Below the pieces are notes generated by a model, which saw only the letters and a program-made list of their open reading frames with translations, did not search any database and was not told the origin of the DNA. A stretch of DNA of 64,000 bases. Origin: Octopus sinensis. Taxonomy: Eukaryota. A program made the translations under genes and the position numbers. Shown here piece by piece: positions 1 through 13,194 of this stretch (the first letter of the stretch is position 1; every line of letters begins with the position of its first letter). Location of the stretch: contig NC_043007.1 of NCBI RefSeq assembly GCF_006345805.1, positions 20,088,001-20,152,000 of the forward strand. Reading direction: 5' to 3'.

Positions 1-332
1 CAACATGTGAAGGTGTAGAATAAAAGTACCTTACTTAAAAGCAATTTAACCAACTGGCATCAGGAAGAGCCCCCGGCTCTAGATTATTGCCTCAGGAAGT
101 TTTCTCCTACTCATATCAGCATGGAAAAAAACCCAATCATAACAATGATGATGAATATCTTGAATTTCAACTGTTCCTTGAGGCTCATCAGTTGAAAACT
201 TCAGAGGATTATATATATTGTTTAGTTCACCAAATCCATTTGATAAGAATGCTATGGATTTAAATGAATAAATTATTTGCTGTTCTCATTACTTTTCCAT
301 ACAAAAGGCTGTGATTTAGTTCTCAACAGAAC

Positions 333-735
333 GCAGGAGTGGCTGTGTGGTAAGTAGCTTGTTTACCAACCACATGGTTCCGGGTTCAGTCCCACTGCGT
401 GGCACCTTGGGCAAGTGTCTTCTACTATAGCCTCGGGCCGACCAAAGCCTTGTGAGTGGATTTGGTAGACGGAAACTGAAAGAAGCCCGTCGTATATATG
501 TATATATATATATATATATGCTTGTGTGTGTATCTGTGTTTGTCCCCCTAGCATTGCTTGACAACCGATGCTGGTGTGTTTACGTCCCCGTAACTTAGCG
601 GTTCGGCAAAAGAGACCGATAGGATAAGTACTGGGCTTACAAAAGAATAAGTCCCGGGGTCGAGTTGCTTGATTAAAGGTGGTGCTCCAGCATGGCCGCA
701 GTCAAATGACTGAAACAAGTAAAAGTGTGAAAGAG
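333..735 (+). mobile_element. SINE family A (tRNA-derived head, CCTTGGGCAAGTGTC core, internal TA/TG microsatellite), full length
   Basis: A/B-box-like head (TGGCTGTGTGG ... GGTTCAGTCCC). Near-identical copies recur throughout the window. Confidence 0.9.
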
Positions 736-774
736 AGAACATTTAACATGGTTGTATTAATATTTGCAACATTT

Positions 775-1170
775 TAAGGCGGCAAGCTGGCAGAAATGTT
801 GGCACACCAGGCGAAATGCTTAGCGGTATTTCATCTGTCTTTACATTCTGAGTTCAAATTCCGCCAAGGTAAACTTTGCCTTTCATACTTTTAGGGTCGA
901 TAAATTAAGTAACACTGGGGTTGATGTAATCGACTTAATCCGTTGTCTGTCCTTGTTTGTCCCCTCTATGTTTAGCCCCTTGTGGGTAATAAAGAAATAG
1001 GTATTTCTTCTGTCTTTACATTTTGAGTTCAAATTCCACCAAGGGCGACTTTGCTTTTCATCCTTTTGGGGGTCAATAAATTAAGCACCAGTTATGTACT
1101 GGGGTCAATCTAATCAACTTTCCCCCTCTCCCAAAATTTCTGGCCTTGTGCCTAGAGAAGAAAAGAATAT
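775..1170 (+). mobile_element. SINE family B (tRNA-derived, ~230 bp), head plus appended headless unit
   Basis: Head GGCGGCGAGCTGGCAGAA..., B box GAGTTCAAATTCC, body GGTCGACTTTGCCTTTCATCCTTTCGGGGTCGAT, tail ...AAAGAAATA. Confidence 0.88.
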
Positions 1171-1519
1171 TTGCAACATTTTAAATTTGTTTTTTTATTT
1201 TTTATAACTTGAATAAAAAGAGTAAAAGAAAATAGTCTTTATTTTGATTTGAAAAATACGACCAAAAGATGTAGTTATATTCTTTTTTGTTTTTTACTTG
1301 CTTCAGGCATTGGACTATGGCTATGCTTGGGCATCCTCTTGAAGGGTTTATTCAAAAGTACCATCTAACTGTTTGTAATGAGTCGGTCACATGACAAGCA
1401 ACCATCTGAGTCAGTGATGTGAATGCCTTACTACAAAAGGAAATGTGGCACCTGAAAGACCAATGGTCAGACAAGGAGGTGGACAAATTCAGGCCTGTGC
1501 TTATTCTCACGATGTGAAG

Positions 1520-1715
1520 GCTTCCGGTGGCACGTAAAAAGCACCCACTACACTCTCGGAGTGGTTGGCGTTAGGAAGGGCATCCAGCTGTAGAAACTCT
1601 GCCAGATCAAGATTGGAGCCTGGTACAACCATCTGGTTCGCCAGCCCTCAGTCAAAACTGTCCAACCCATGCTAGCATGGAAAGCGGACATTAAACGATG
1701 ATGATGATGATGAGG
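1520..1715 (+). mobile_element. Repeat family C (RTE-like 3' end GGTTGGCGTTAGGAAGGGCATCC, (GAT)n tail)
   Basis: Recurrent ~200-bp core ending in (GAT)n. The RTE relationship is inferred from the 3' motif and tandem-repeat tail. Confidence 0.8.
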
Positions 1716-2179
1716 TAATGTGTCAGTGAGATGTAAGGATGGCTCACATTACTGCCCTGAAAAAAAGTGATCTCTTGAAACACTGGTGAGGACATTTAAG
1801 TGAATCAGCCTTCAAAAATTTCTTACAAGGCTCTGGAATTATTCCATAAATTGTGGAAGATAACATTTTGAATCTGCTACCAAATATGGAGGAGCTGGTA
1901 ACTGCCCTCATCTTCATCGTCGTTTAACGTCCATTTTCCATGCTAGCATGGGTTGAACGGTTCGACCGGGGTCTGGGAAGCCAGGAGGCTGCACCAGGCT
2001 CCAGTCTGATCTGGCAGTATTTCTACAGCTGGATGCCCTTCCTAATGCCAACCACTCTGTGAGTTTAGTGGGTGCTTTTACGTGCCAGGGAAGGCTGGCA
2101 ATGGCCATGATCAGTTGGTGCTTTTTAAGCCAGCCAAGGCGGCGCTGGCATCGGCCACGTACGGATGGTGCTTTTTAGG

Positions 2180-2590
2180 TGGCAGGGTAGGCTGGCAACA
2201 GCTATCTACAAGACAAAATCAAGGAAAGACTCGAGTGTTGACACTTCCTTCAGACAAAGGACTCTTTCTCCAAGCAATGGGTAGATTGTATGTTGTTCAT
2301 GAACGAAATACAATACTGCAGGGTACTGAGATGTTGGACACTGAATGCAAAGGATATTTGTGGGTTGCAGGAGATAAGAAACATGTATTGTCTGCTGGAT
2401 GTGTAATGTTTGTATACATAGACGTGGTGCAGATGAGCTGAGAGATACAAGTAGGTACAAGAGCCAGCTGCAGTGTGCAGGAACCAACACTACATTGGTA
2501 TGAACACATGATACATATGGAGTTTAATGGATGGATAAGGAAGTGCTAGGATAGCTAAGAGGAAGACGTGGGCACAAGCACTCAGCCTTA
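2180..2590 (+). pseudogene. Degenerate RTE-type LINE ORF2 3' fragment
   Basis: One frame reads ASCSVQEPTLHWYEHMIHM, resembling the RTE post-RT motif RRLRWYGHVMRM; many disablements. Confidence 0.55.
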
Positions 2591-2892
2591 AGTGCACAGC
2601 TCCTCATAGCAGAAACAGCTGTAAGCTATTGAAGCTGATTGCATAATTTCTGTTCTCTTGTCACCCAATTCATCCACACACGTACATTATTATATAGCCT
2701 TAGGAAAATAATTACCAATTAAAAGATTTTGCAATAGATAACGTATTTAAAATACTTTAATAAAAATGAGATCATGAAAATATACTAGTAAATTTAAAGA
2801 GTTAGCTATCGGTAAAACTACTGTTATATATTCATAAATACAGTCTTGAATTCTGAATACATATAACTAAAAGATATTATTGTTATCTACGT

Positions 2893-3302
2893 ATAGGTGC
2901 AGGAGTGGCTGTGTGGTAAGTAGCTTGCTTACCAACCACATGGTTCCGGGTTCGGTCCCACTGCATGGCATCTTGGCCAAGTGTCTTCTGCTATATCCCC
3001 GGGCTGACCAATGCCTTGTGAGTGGATTTGGTAGATGGAAACTGAAAGAAGCTCGTCGTATATATGTATATGTATGTATATATATATATTTGTGTATGTG
3101 TGTCTGTGTGTCCCCCAACATCGCCTGACAACCGATGCTGGTGTGTTTACGTCCCCGTCACTTAGCAGTTCGGCAAAAGAGACTGATAGAATAAGTACTG
3201 GGATTACAAAGAATAAGTCCCGGGGTCAATTTGCTCGACTGAAGGCGGTGCTCCAGCATGGCCACAGTCAGATGACTGAAACAAGTAAAAGAGTAAAAGA
3301 GT
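2893..3302 (+). mobile_element. SINE family A, full length
   Basis: Aligns end to end with 333-735. Confidence 0.9.
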
Positions 3303-3679
3303 ATAGTTTATAGATCCAATATAGATCCAACAAAAGAAAAAAAAAAAACTCTATCCAGTGAGAGGTCAATTTAAAACACATACTAATAGAGCTAGTAATA
3401 AACAGGTTGCTTGGAGACACCTGATGTATTTTATATATATGCTTACTCGAAGTACCATAAAAACATGAAACTACCTGTAGTTCTTTCAGTAGGTGTATTC
3501 AATTGATATATATATATATATATACTCTCTTTCTCTTTTACTTGTTTCTGTCATTTGACTGTGGCCATGCTGGAACACTGCCTTTAGTCGAGCAAATCGA
3601 CCCCAGGACTTATTCTTTGGAAGCCTAGTATTTATTTTATCGTTCTCTTTTTGCTGAACCGCTAAGTTACTCAATACCT

Positions 3680-4086
3680 TATATTTCTTTATTGCCCACA
3701 AGGGGCTAAACATAGTGGGGACAAACAAGGACAGACAAAGGGATTAAGACGATTATATCGACCCCAGTGCGTAACTGGTACTTATTTAATCGACCCTGAA
3801 AGGATGAAATGCAAAGTCGACCTTGGCGGAATTTGAACTCAGAACGTAGCGGCCGACGAAATACCTATTTCTTTACTACCCACAAGGGGCTAAACACAGA
3901 GAGGACAAACAGATTACGTTGATTATATCGACCCCAGTGTGTAACTGGTGCTTATTTAATTGACGCCGAAAGGATGAAAGGTAAAGTCTACCTCGGCGGA
4001 ATTTGAACTCAGAACGTAGCGGCAGACGAAATACCGCTAAGCATTTCGCCCGGCGTGCTAACAATTCTGCCAGCTCACCACCCTGA
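3680..4086 (-). mobile_element. SINE family B dimer with 11-bp target-site duplication
   Basis: ACTCAATACCT at 3669-3679 and 4087-4097 flanks the whole two-unit insertion. Confidence 0.9.
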
Positions 4087-4379
4087 ACTCAATACCTAAG
4101 TTTGTTCTTGGGTAGTAGATTTAAACAGTTTTAAAATAATTTTATAACATAAAAGTGGCCGAGCATTTTGAAGGATTTAAAAGCATGAGAAAATCAGTGT
4201 TGTCTCTGTTCACTCAACAACTTTGTACAGAGTACACATCTGTTATCAGAAATAACATTTGTTGCTTTTAGCATGTTTGTAAAGAGAAAAATAACATTAC
4301 CGACAGTTGAACAGGAAAATGAAATTTTACAGCACATAGATCAAAGTGAAAAGGCATCAAAAATTGTAGAAGAGTACAC

Positions 4380-4385
4380 TTTATT
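4380..4385 (-). promoter_or_regulatory. Candidate polyadenylation signal AATAAA
   Basis: Plus-strand TTTATT, with a U-rich tract 20-40 nt downstream on the minus strand. Alternatives at 4427, 5299 and 5419. Confidence 0.4.
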
Positions 4386-5849
4386 GATTGAATAACATAA
4401 AAACTCTGTAAACATGCTTTTTGTGCTTTATTTGAATGTAATTATGTTCAGTATGGCTTCCTTTCTTTTATGATCAGATCAATTATTAAAACAATCAGTT
4501 ATTCAGACAAAATGCTCCCTGCCTTCTCATTCAGATAATTGAGGTCTTAATTGTACAAGAGACTGAAATCAAGTGGAAAGATCAGATTCTCAGATCTGCA
4601 ACATCTAATTGTCTAACTGACGGGGCCCCAAACGGTGGGCTTTCAGATACACTATGCAATCTTGAAATTCTCCCAAAACAGAGATTTATTCAATCTGCTG
4701 CACAAGATTAAGTACCAGCACGTATTCGTGATCATAAATTGTACCAACAAGAAACTAGATAAAAACAAGGGTGTTTCCCCACACCTATCCCTATCTACAT
4801 TTTTGGGCGATACCTCTAGAATCCTAAAAGGTGTTTCTGGAGACGTGATTTTTCATGTAGTGCTGTGTCTTTACAGATACAACTTTAAGAGTAGCAACAC
4901 TCACTACTGGGTAAATGGTCTACTATATGTGTGTGTGTGAGTGTGTGTATTATACACATGCACACACAACACACACACACACATACATACATCTCCAATT
5001 AGTAGGGATCTTTAAAATCTAGGAAATTAATACAGTAGCACTTCACATTAGAATTTAGTTAGCAAGGTATTCTAAAGGAATACCAACAATAGTTCTCATC
5101 CATCAACCATAAAAAAAACAAAAACAAATGATGCAATTTTAACGAGTTAATTCATGATATTAAGCACTTTGTAAATACAATGTAATGAATGTAAGAACAA
5201 GACGTTGCACATTTATCACAGAGTAAAATACAATAATAACTGAACATAGATGGAGTTGATTATTCAATTATGTTACATATGTTTCCATAGAATGGTTATT
5301 TATTTGCTTATCAATATACTACATAACAAAATAACCAGACCACTTCATCAGACATCATTGCATAATCAAAATACACATTGATCTGCCATAATTAAATAAT
5401 TCACTGTATTCATATTCATTTATTATATAAAAGATGTCCTAATGCATAAATACAAACTAATTTTAAGAATGTTGGAAATATTCAAGTGTGTAGTTAGAAC
5501 CAAACCATATAATGATTAAAACCTGATATAACTATTAATAAAATTGTTAATATTTTTTTGCTACATGAGCACAAACCAAACCTATATAGGAGTGGGGTGT
5601 AGTTAATTGAATCAATCTTTTGTACATTAATGATGGGTATTTTATAGACCATGAAGGGAGATATGGAACAGGCAGCCTGTTGAGAGACAAACTGTTGACT
5701 CCGTCATTGCTCCACCTTCAAAATAATAATAACAGTAATATAGCACACACATACACACACAATACACTTATGCACATTTTCTGCCTACGAAATTTCACAA
5801 GTCATTTGGGCGTGAACTTTTAAGCACACAACTACACCTGTGCCCATAT

Positions 5850-5863
5850 ATAATATATATTAT

Positions 5864-5921
<58 letters not shown>

Positions 5922-6064
5922 GTATATATATATATTTATATATATATATTTACTTATATATATATTTGTATATATATTCATACACACACACGCATACATG
6001 CACATGTATACATACTAATACACTTGCATGTAGATGCAAGCAGATATATTTGCAAACTAAAATA

Positions 6065-6103
<39 letters not shown>

Positions 6104-6230
6104 ACACACATGAAAACTTTCTCTCCCTCACGTAGAGACACACATTTGTGGAAGCATACATTTGTTAATATGCTGTACATACATACACATATATATATGT
6201 ATATATATATACATATATATATATAGATAT
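5850..6230. repeat. (TA)n-rich tracts in the putative 3' UTR
   Basis: Low-complexity tract. Confidence 0.9.
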
Positions 6231-6360
6231 AGATATGGTTATCTGGGGGTAATACTAATAACTGTAGATTCTTGTTCTAGCTGCACTCATATTTAGAAAA
6301 CATAACAGCCATTCATTGCACAGATTAATTAGTTGTCATCTTGCTGAATGCGTTTGATCT

Positions 6361-6945
6361 CTAGATAGAAACAGGAGGTAAAATTTCTGCGTAATAGGAA
6401 GGTCTATCGATTCCAAGAACTGAGAATATCATTGGGATACCATAAGTTACATTTATGGCTACAATCAGAAACGGTAAGAAACTATCAGTCAGTTCGTAAA
6501 TTTGCATTCTTTTGATTTTCGGGTCCTTTATATTAATTCCAAATATATGTTTGCAAATGTTTCGGATGATCAACCGCAGAAGTTCTGCCGTAATCAACAT
6601 AATTGGAACTCCGATGATCAGCCTTATAAAGCATAGGATCACTGCAGTGATTGAAGGTAGTTCCAATGGGACCGGGATCGGATAGCTTGATGTTGCGAAT
6701 CCATGCTGGTAACAAAGCCACGATCCGACAGAAATGCCAGCGCCAACACCGATGAGTAAGGTTGTATCCCTGCGTGCTGTGTTCCATTTGTCCACCGGTG
6801 GATACAGCAAGCAGAGCAGAAACGGTACACCTATGGTAAAGAAGGGAGCCACAGGATGTGTTACTGAAAAATGATCCAAAACCTGAAGGTAGGGGTAGAT
6901 CAAGGGAAGGATTATGCACACGTACAGAACCCCAACAATGATGTC
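6361..6945 (-). CDS. SGPP1: Sphingosine-1-phosphate phosphatase, coding exon 3 (194 codons + TAG)
   Basis: Polypyrimidine tract plus GCAG acceptor, then DIIVGVLY... with several hydrophobic segments, W.TAR.DT.L..GVG.G motif and LGI.RPSYY.E C-terminus typical of SGPP proteins. Confidence 0.95.
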   Translation of the reverse strand, partial: DIIVGVLYVCIILPLIYPYLQVLDHFSVTHPVAPFFTIGVPFLLCLLYPPVDKWNTARRDTTLLIGVGAGISVGSWLCYQHGFATSSYPIPVPLELPSITAVILCFIRLIIGVPIMLITAELLRLIIRNICKHIFGINIKDPKIKRMQIYELTDSFLPFLIVAINVTYGIPMIFSVLGIDRPSYYAEILPPVSI

Positions 6946-7590
6946 CTGCAAAAAAGAAAAAGAAAACACAAAAATGATTAGATATGTGTGAAATTAATTT
7001 GAGTCAAAATTTATAACAGAAAAGAAATTAATATTTTTAAGTAATGGCTTTAGGAATATTTTCGTTCATAAAAATTAATTTAAACATATTTTATTGTATC
7101 TTGGGTGGGTCATTATGTCAATAATAGACACATGTACTGGTTCTGTTTCATTTCTTTTATTATTAATTATTGGTCAATACATTAACATTTAACTAATTAA
7201 CTCATTGGTTGTTTGATTAATTATTCAGTCAATCAAGCAGTTAGCGAGTTTGAGAAAGCACATTTGTCATCATTCAAAATCTCAATAATAAGAGGGCATG
7301 TCATTGATCAGATTGCAAATGATGAAAAGATTTTCACAAACCTAGCTCATTAAGTGATCGATCAAATGGGTAATCAAACAATTGATTAGTTAATTGGTTA
7401 GTTAATCAATTGACAAAACCCTGACTGTCTAAAGACAAGTAGTTAGTTGCATACATATGTTTCTGCCTCAACAGTGTCATCAGCACAGCTGTTGTCCTAC
7501 CTTGGCTCTAGCATACAAAGGATTTAGATTACATAGGAAAAGATTAGAGGCCATTTATGGCCTTGAATAATTAGCAGAATTAAAAATTTT

Positions 7591-7818
7591 GTGACGTATA
7601 TTTGCCATTTAAATATGGCTAACCCCTAAGGGTGGATGCTAGTGTAGTTTGTAGCCCCAGGAGGACACCTCCTCCAGCTGGCTATAGACACACTTTCTGT
7701 ATACCTATACAGAAAGTGTGTCTATAGCCAGCTGGAGGAGGTGTCGTCCTGGGGCTACAAACTACAATAGCATCCACCCTTAGGGGTTAGCCATATTTAA
7801 ATGGCAAATATACATCAC
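7591..7818. repeat. Near-perfect palindrome, 113-bp arms, 2-nt loop (probably a MITE)
   Basis: 7591-7703 is the reverse complement of 7706-7818 with only a few mismatches. Confidence 0.9.
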
Positions 7819-8106
7819 GATGTGTTGCAGCTACTGTTTATAACTCGCCCTAAGATTTGTTATTAAACATTTTGTATTTGTTTGTTTAACCCCTGGTCAG
7901 CTCTGATTAAGCAGATCCAGGATCAAAAATATATTTCTGTCATGACCATCGTAACTTTTATTTAGACATAATGCATCTAGGACTGAATTATTCAATATGT
8001 CCTTTCGTTGTTTTTGAAATGACATGGTGCAATTTCCAGGAGATATGGCTGCTATTTCTAGAGGTTAGGTAACTATGTAGAGGCTGCTTGTTCTCATTTA
8101 TATTAA

Positions 8107-8482
8107 ACTAGCAGTATCGCCCGGCGTTGCTTGGGTTTGTAAGGGAAATAACTATAAGGCATTTTTAGAGAGTTATAGCCAAAAAATGGGAAAAAAATGA
8201 TGGTAATTTTTTTTTTAGTTAAAAAGGTCGAGTTGCGTCCCCTAGACAGTCTGTGGTTTGTGTTTCTGATTCTCAACCCCATGTCGAATTTATCGATTTT
8301 TTTCAGAACTGGGGGAACTTTTCAAAATTTTTGCTGCGTTAGTTTTGAATTATGACATTGGGCTATGTGTGTGTCAAGTTTCATCAGAATCGGTTGAAAG
8401 CTGTGGTCAGGGTGAGGGTACAACCAAACAGACACATAGAAACACACACAGACAAACTGCCGTTTATATATAGAGAGAAGAT
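8107..8482 (+). mobile_element. Non-autonomous Helitron-like repeat
   Basis: ACTAGCAGTATCGCCCGGCGTTGCT start, ACAGACA repeats and TATATATAGAGAG end. Second copy at 31712-32102. Helitron assignment is by resemblance. Confidence 0.6.
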
Positions 8483-8694
8483 GTGGTCAAGTATATTTTA
8501 TTGTTAAATTCAAAATAAGAATAACTGGATTTTTTAAAACATCAAATGGCTATTGGGATCCACCCAATTAAAATAGGAATCAAAGGGGCCCAAAGAGAAA
8601 AAAATTTGGGGGACCCACTGATCTAATCCATGCAAACCTTGGAAAATGGACTTAAAAACATGGGAGAGAATGTAAAGGGAAAATGTATACAAAC

Positions 8695-8784
8695 CAAAAC
8701 TGAATGCATTCCAAGGTAGATCCTGCTAAGTGATATTAATGTGGTCCAGGCAATTGCCAACATTAGGCCGATATTGAACGGGAA
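8695..8784 (-). CDS. SGPP1: Sphingosine-1-phosphate phosphatase, coding exon 2 (90 nt, FPFNIGLMLAIAWTTLISLSRIYLGMHSVL)
   Basis: Found by manual reading; not in the ORF track. Flanked by TTTTGACAG acceptor and GTTTGT donor, phase 0/0. Encodes PAP2 motif C3 SRxxxGMH, completed by the D at the start of exon 3. Confidence 0.95.
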
Positions 8785-9009
8785 CTGTCAAAAGAAAAAA
8801 GAAAATCTATGTATATATACATAAACACATGTGCACATATCATCATCACCACCACCACCACCACCATCATCATCGTAGTTTAACGTCCGTTTTCCATGCT
8901 CCAATTTGATCTAGCAATGTTTCTACAGCTGGATGCCCTTCCTAACGCCAACCACTCCGAGACTGTAGCAGGACAAACACAGACGCACAAACATATACAC
9001 ATACATACA

Positions 9010-9045
<36 letters not shown>

Positions 9046-9429
9046 TATACACATATATGATGGGCTTCTTTCAGTTTCCATCTACCAAATCCACTCACAA
9101 GGCTTTGGTCGGCCCAAGGCTATAGTAGAAGACACTTGCCCAAGGTGCCATGCGGGACTGAACCCGGAACACTGTGGTTCGTAAGCAAGCTACTCACCAC
9201 ACAGCCACTCTATGCCTATGTACATATAAATTATGTTTCTAATGCTTTTAGATGTTTAGTCGAATACCATGTGTGTGTGTGTATATGCATGCACACATGA
9301 GAAGCACATACATATGGTGATAGGAAAGGCATCCAGCTGTAAAAAAAATTGTCCCATTGAATTTCACTTGAACCAATGCAAGCATGCAAAAGTGGATATT
9401 AAAACAATGATAATGATATATACCCATTT

Positions 9430-9845
9430 CATTACAACCCACAAGGGGCTAAACACAGAGAGGACAAACAAGGACAGACAAAGGGATTAAGTTGATTATA
9501 TCGACCCCAGTGCATAACTAGTGCATATTTAATCGACCCTGAAAGGATGAAAGGCAAAGTCGACCACGGCGGAATTTGAACTCAGAACGTAGCAGCAGAC
9601 AAAATACCTATTACTTTACTACCCACAAGGGGCTAAACACAGAGGGGACAAACAAGGACAGACAAACGGATTAAGTCAATTACATCGACCCCAGTGCATA
9701 ACTGGTACTTAATTTATCGACCCTGAAAGGACGAAAGGCAAAGTCAACCTCGGCGGAATTTGAACTCAGAGCGTAACGGCAGACGAATTACCGATAAGCA
9801 TTTTGCCCAGCGTGCTAATGTTTCTGCCAATTTGCCGCCTTTGAT
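9430..9845 (-). mobile_element. SINE family B dimer
   Basis: Two tandem body units behind one head. Confidence 0.88.
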
Positions 9846-10652
9846 AATGATATATACCTCAAACAAAAATAAGCCCATGGCATAATTGCCTTTTTTATCA
9901 CAGATCTTCTAGTACTAAACAAAATATTTTACGCAGTCAATTTTTCATTTTAGGTTTGAAGTAGCTGATTGAGTGCATGTATTTGATGGCTACTGTCTGA
10001 CCATGAAGCATTGCTACGGGGGAAAATTCTATTTCAAGATTTATGTTTTAAATTGTACTGACCGAGAATTAAAACATTGATTTGCAAATAGTGACTAAAG
10101 AAAATGTTCTTGTTTTTTAAATATAGGCAAGGTATGAATGTGTGGTTATGAAGCTCACTTTGCAAATGCAAGGCTTTGAGTTCAATCCCACTGTATGGCA
10201 CCTTGGGCAATTTGTCTTCTATTATAGCCTCAGCGTGACCAATGCGTTGTGAGGAAATTTTGTAGAGGGAAACTGAATGGAAGCCCATCATATGTATGTA
10301 TGCCTCTGTGTGTGTGTGGGGGGGGGTGCATGTCTTTGTGTTTGTCCCTCACCACTATGACAACTGGTGTTGGTTTGTTTATGTCCTAATAAGTTTGGCC
10401 CAGTGATCAAAGTATTGGGGTCAATTTATTGAAGGTCATGCTTCAGCATGGTTGCAGTTGAATGACTGAAACAAGTAAAATATAAAAGATATTTGTGTTT
10501 CTGCTGTTTGTTGTTTAGCACTGACAGAGCACAACTACAACCAACGAACATCCTATCTCTCTCTCTCTCTCTCCATTTTCGTTTTTCTCAACAGTCTGTC
10601 CAAAACCATAAGGCTCAGGGTCTCATTCCACTTTTTATGATGACAGAGTGTG

Positions 10653-10789
10653 TGTTATGTCGCACGTTCGGATGACCTCTACTCAACTCTACTCCTCTGC
10701 TCCTACTACTCTCTTGACCTCTAGGCTTCTCTCTCTATATCAACGTATTGGGCTAGCCTACTTCATCGTCTGGGAGCGTCCACACAACA
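10653..10789. mobile_element. Very short solo-LTR candidate (137 bp)
   Basis: TGTT...AACA ends with 5-bp TSD GTGTG (10648-10652, 10790-10794). Confidence 0.55.
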
Positions 10790-10854
10790 GTGTGATTTGA
10801 TATTAAATAGCTGTGGGCCCTTGTTGCACTTGACCAATGCAAGTTTGAAGTGGG

Positions 10855-11155
10855 CCGTGGAGTTGAAACGAAAATCTTTGACACTAACTCCTGTACTAAT
10901 GTCACCTCCGACTCCAATTCCGACTCCTCTTTATGTAATTAAGTGAATGTGGTCTACATATCTCATAAAGCACATGCATACGCTCATACTTTGAGTAGGC
11001 CTATATGTTATAACTGGTTTATAGTAAAGAATAAAGATATCATGAATCGGAGTCAGAGTCGGTGTAGTTTCATTGACTCCAACTCCAGCTACCCCTGAAT
11101 TGTTTCCGACTCTGACTCCAACTCCACAGCTCTGGTTTGAAGGATGAGAAACTGA
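10855..11155. mobile_element. Degenerate MITE with GGAGTC/GACTCC subterminal repeats
   Basis: G.CGTGGAGTT ... AACTCCACAGCTCTG ends, multiple GACTCC units. Confidence 0.5.
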
Positions 11156-12337
11156 GACTGGCTCTGCACAAACCATGCCCACCACAATAATATTCACCAT
11201 GTAAGTTGTTCAGTAAGGCAAGATACCATCACACTGTCTTTGAAAGTCCAGAAAGAGCTGATGGGGACAGACAGGAAATGTTATTACATGTCTTCAGCTT
11301 TGACTCTGCACATGAGTAGCCATTGGACAAACAGAAGAAATTTCATTTGTGTCTTGTCAAACCCTCATCTGTCAAAGCAATGAGAAAGAACACCAACACC
11401 ATGTTGAAGGAAATGGAAATTAAGTCTGCTCTTTCTAACACTAAATTTCCTATATTCAAATCTATTGCTGAATGTTATGTCTTCTAAGTACAACACAATT
11501 TATTTATCAGCCTGAAAGCTCATATCTTTTATAATCCTAATTTTGTTCTTAATAACAGCAAGTAGAGTACTTGAAGTTTGTATGTCATTGTAGCAGGAGG
11601 AGGGCTATTATAATTCTTCCTGCGACATTATCCGATTGTTGTCAATGGCAAAATGCCAGTGATGTATTGAATTCAATGTTAAACCCTCACAAGACAAACA
11701 TTACCTTTTATTCATTGCCTTTCTCTAGAATCAATAAAATTTGTATAAAATGTGTTGTATTGTCGACATATGGGGAAAAACATATTTCATGTTTGAAATT
11801 TATATGCTTGAAACTCTTTTGCAATAAAATATTGATACTGGGATTATAATTATAATGAATTAATAAATAAATAATTAGGGACTGATAGGGACTTAGCTGA
11901 ACAAAAGCTGAATTGGAAATTATCAATAATGAAGCCACATTATAGAAACTTGATGTAAGGGGTGGGGGTCACTATTCCAGTTTTAAAAAAATGCATTAAA
12001 ATTCCCAGGCGAGCAATAGAAGAAGTTTGTTTATTGGAATAAAAGGAATAAAAATTCATTAAACAACGGAGTGAAATTTGATACAAAAGGCAGGAATTTA
12101 TGATAGATATAAATAAGTATAAAAAAACTTATAAGTTCGGAGAATTGGATGGAAAAATTTCTGGGAGAAATCAGGAAAAGATTTGGTGTATTGGAAGATG
12201 TTCATCGGAGATCTGCTTTCGACACTCACTGAAACTTAGTTTGATCTTCATAAACACTGGATAACAGTTAACAGATTTCTCCCAATATATATATATATAT
12301 AGCTATCCTATAAACTAATTTATATTTTAGTATACAT

Positions 12338-12752
12338 GCATGGAGTGGCTGTGTGGTAAGTAGCTTGTTTACCAACCACATGGTTCCAAGTTCAGTCCCA
12401 CTGCATGGCACCTTGGGCAAGTGTCTTCTACTATAGCCTCGAGCCGACCAAAGCCTTGTGAGTGGAGTTGGTAGACAGAAACTGAAAGAAGCCTGTCGTA
12501 TATATGTATATATATATATGTATGTGTGTGTGCGTGTGTATGTTTGTGTGTCTGTGTTTGTCCCCCTAGCATTGCTTGACAACCGATGCTGGTGTGTTTA
12601 TGTCCCCGTCACTTAGCGGTTCGGCAAAAGACACCGATAGAATAAGTACTGGGCTTACAAAGAATAAGTCCCGGGGTCGAGTTGCTCGATTAAAGGCGGT
12701 GCTCCAGCATGGCTGCAGTCAAATGACTGAAACAAGTAAAAGAGTAAAGGGA
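12338..12752 (+). mobile_element. SINE family A, full length
   Basis: Aligns with 333-735. Confidence 0.9.
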
Positions 12753-12817
12753 ATGTACACACACACACACACACACACAATATAAATTATATGACATTGC
12801 CATACATACTCTTCCAA

Positions 12818-12863
<46 letters not shown>

Positions 12864-13194
12864 ATATACATATACACACATATATATATAAACAGTAGGC
12901 AGGGCAAAAACTGCCTATCCTAGAGACAAACTTCCAACATCCTTGTGACCAGGGACCAACTTGAACTGCACCTAAATTATAGTATAAACAAACATATATT
13001 GAGTTTAAATCAACATGTACATCTATCAGCTATAAGCTCTGAAAGCTACTAAAAACCATTAAATCCTATATACTTGTATAGCTATGAGTTGATGTTAAAA
13101 TGATGATATATATATATCTGATGTTTTTTTTTTCTCACGCTAGTATGCGTTACATGGATATATTATTGAACGCAGATAATGATGATGATGATGA

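Larger units (their letters stand above)
4360..6360 (-). other. Probable SGPP 3' UTR (~2 kb)
   Basis: SINE-free AT-rich sequence downstream of the stop, containing (TA)n tracts and ending near an AATAAA with a U-rich downstream element. The end point is inferred. Confidence 0.45.

Noticed and set aside
316-742. Recurrent ORFs such as MLGGQTQ..., MSSNARGTN... and ...LQLDALPNANHS...
   Set aside because: Translations of SINE families A and C repeated across the window, not genes.
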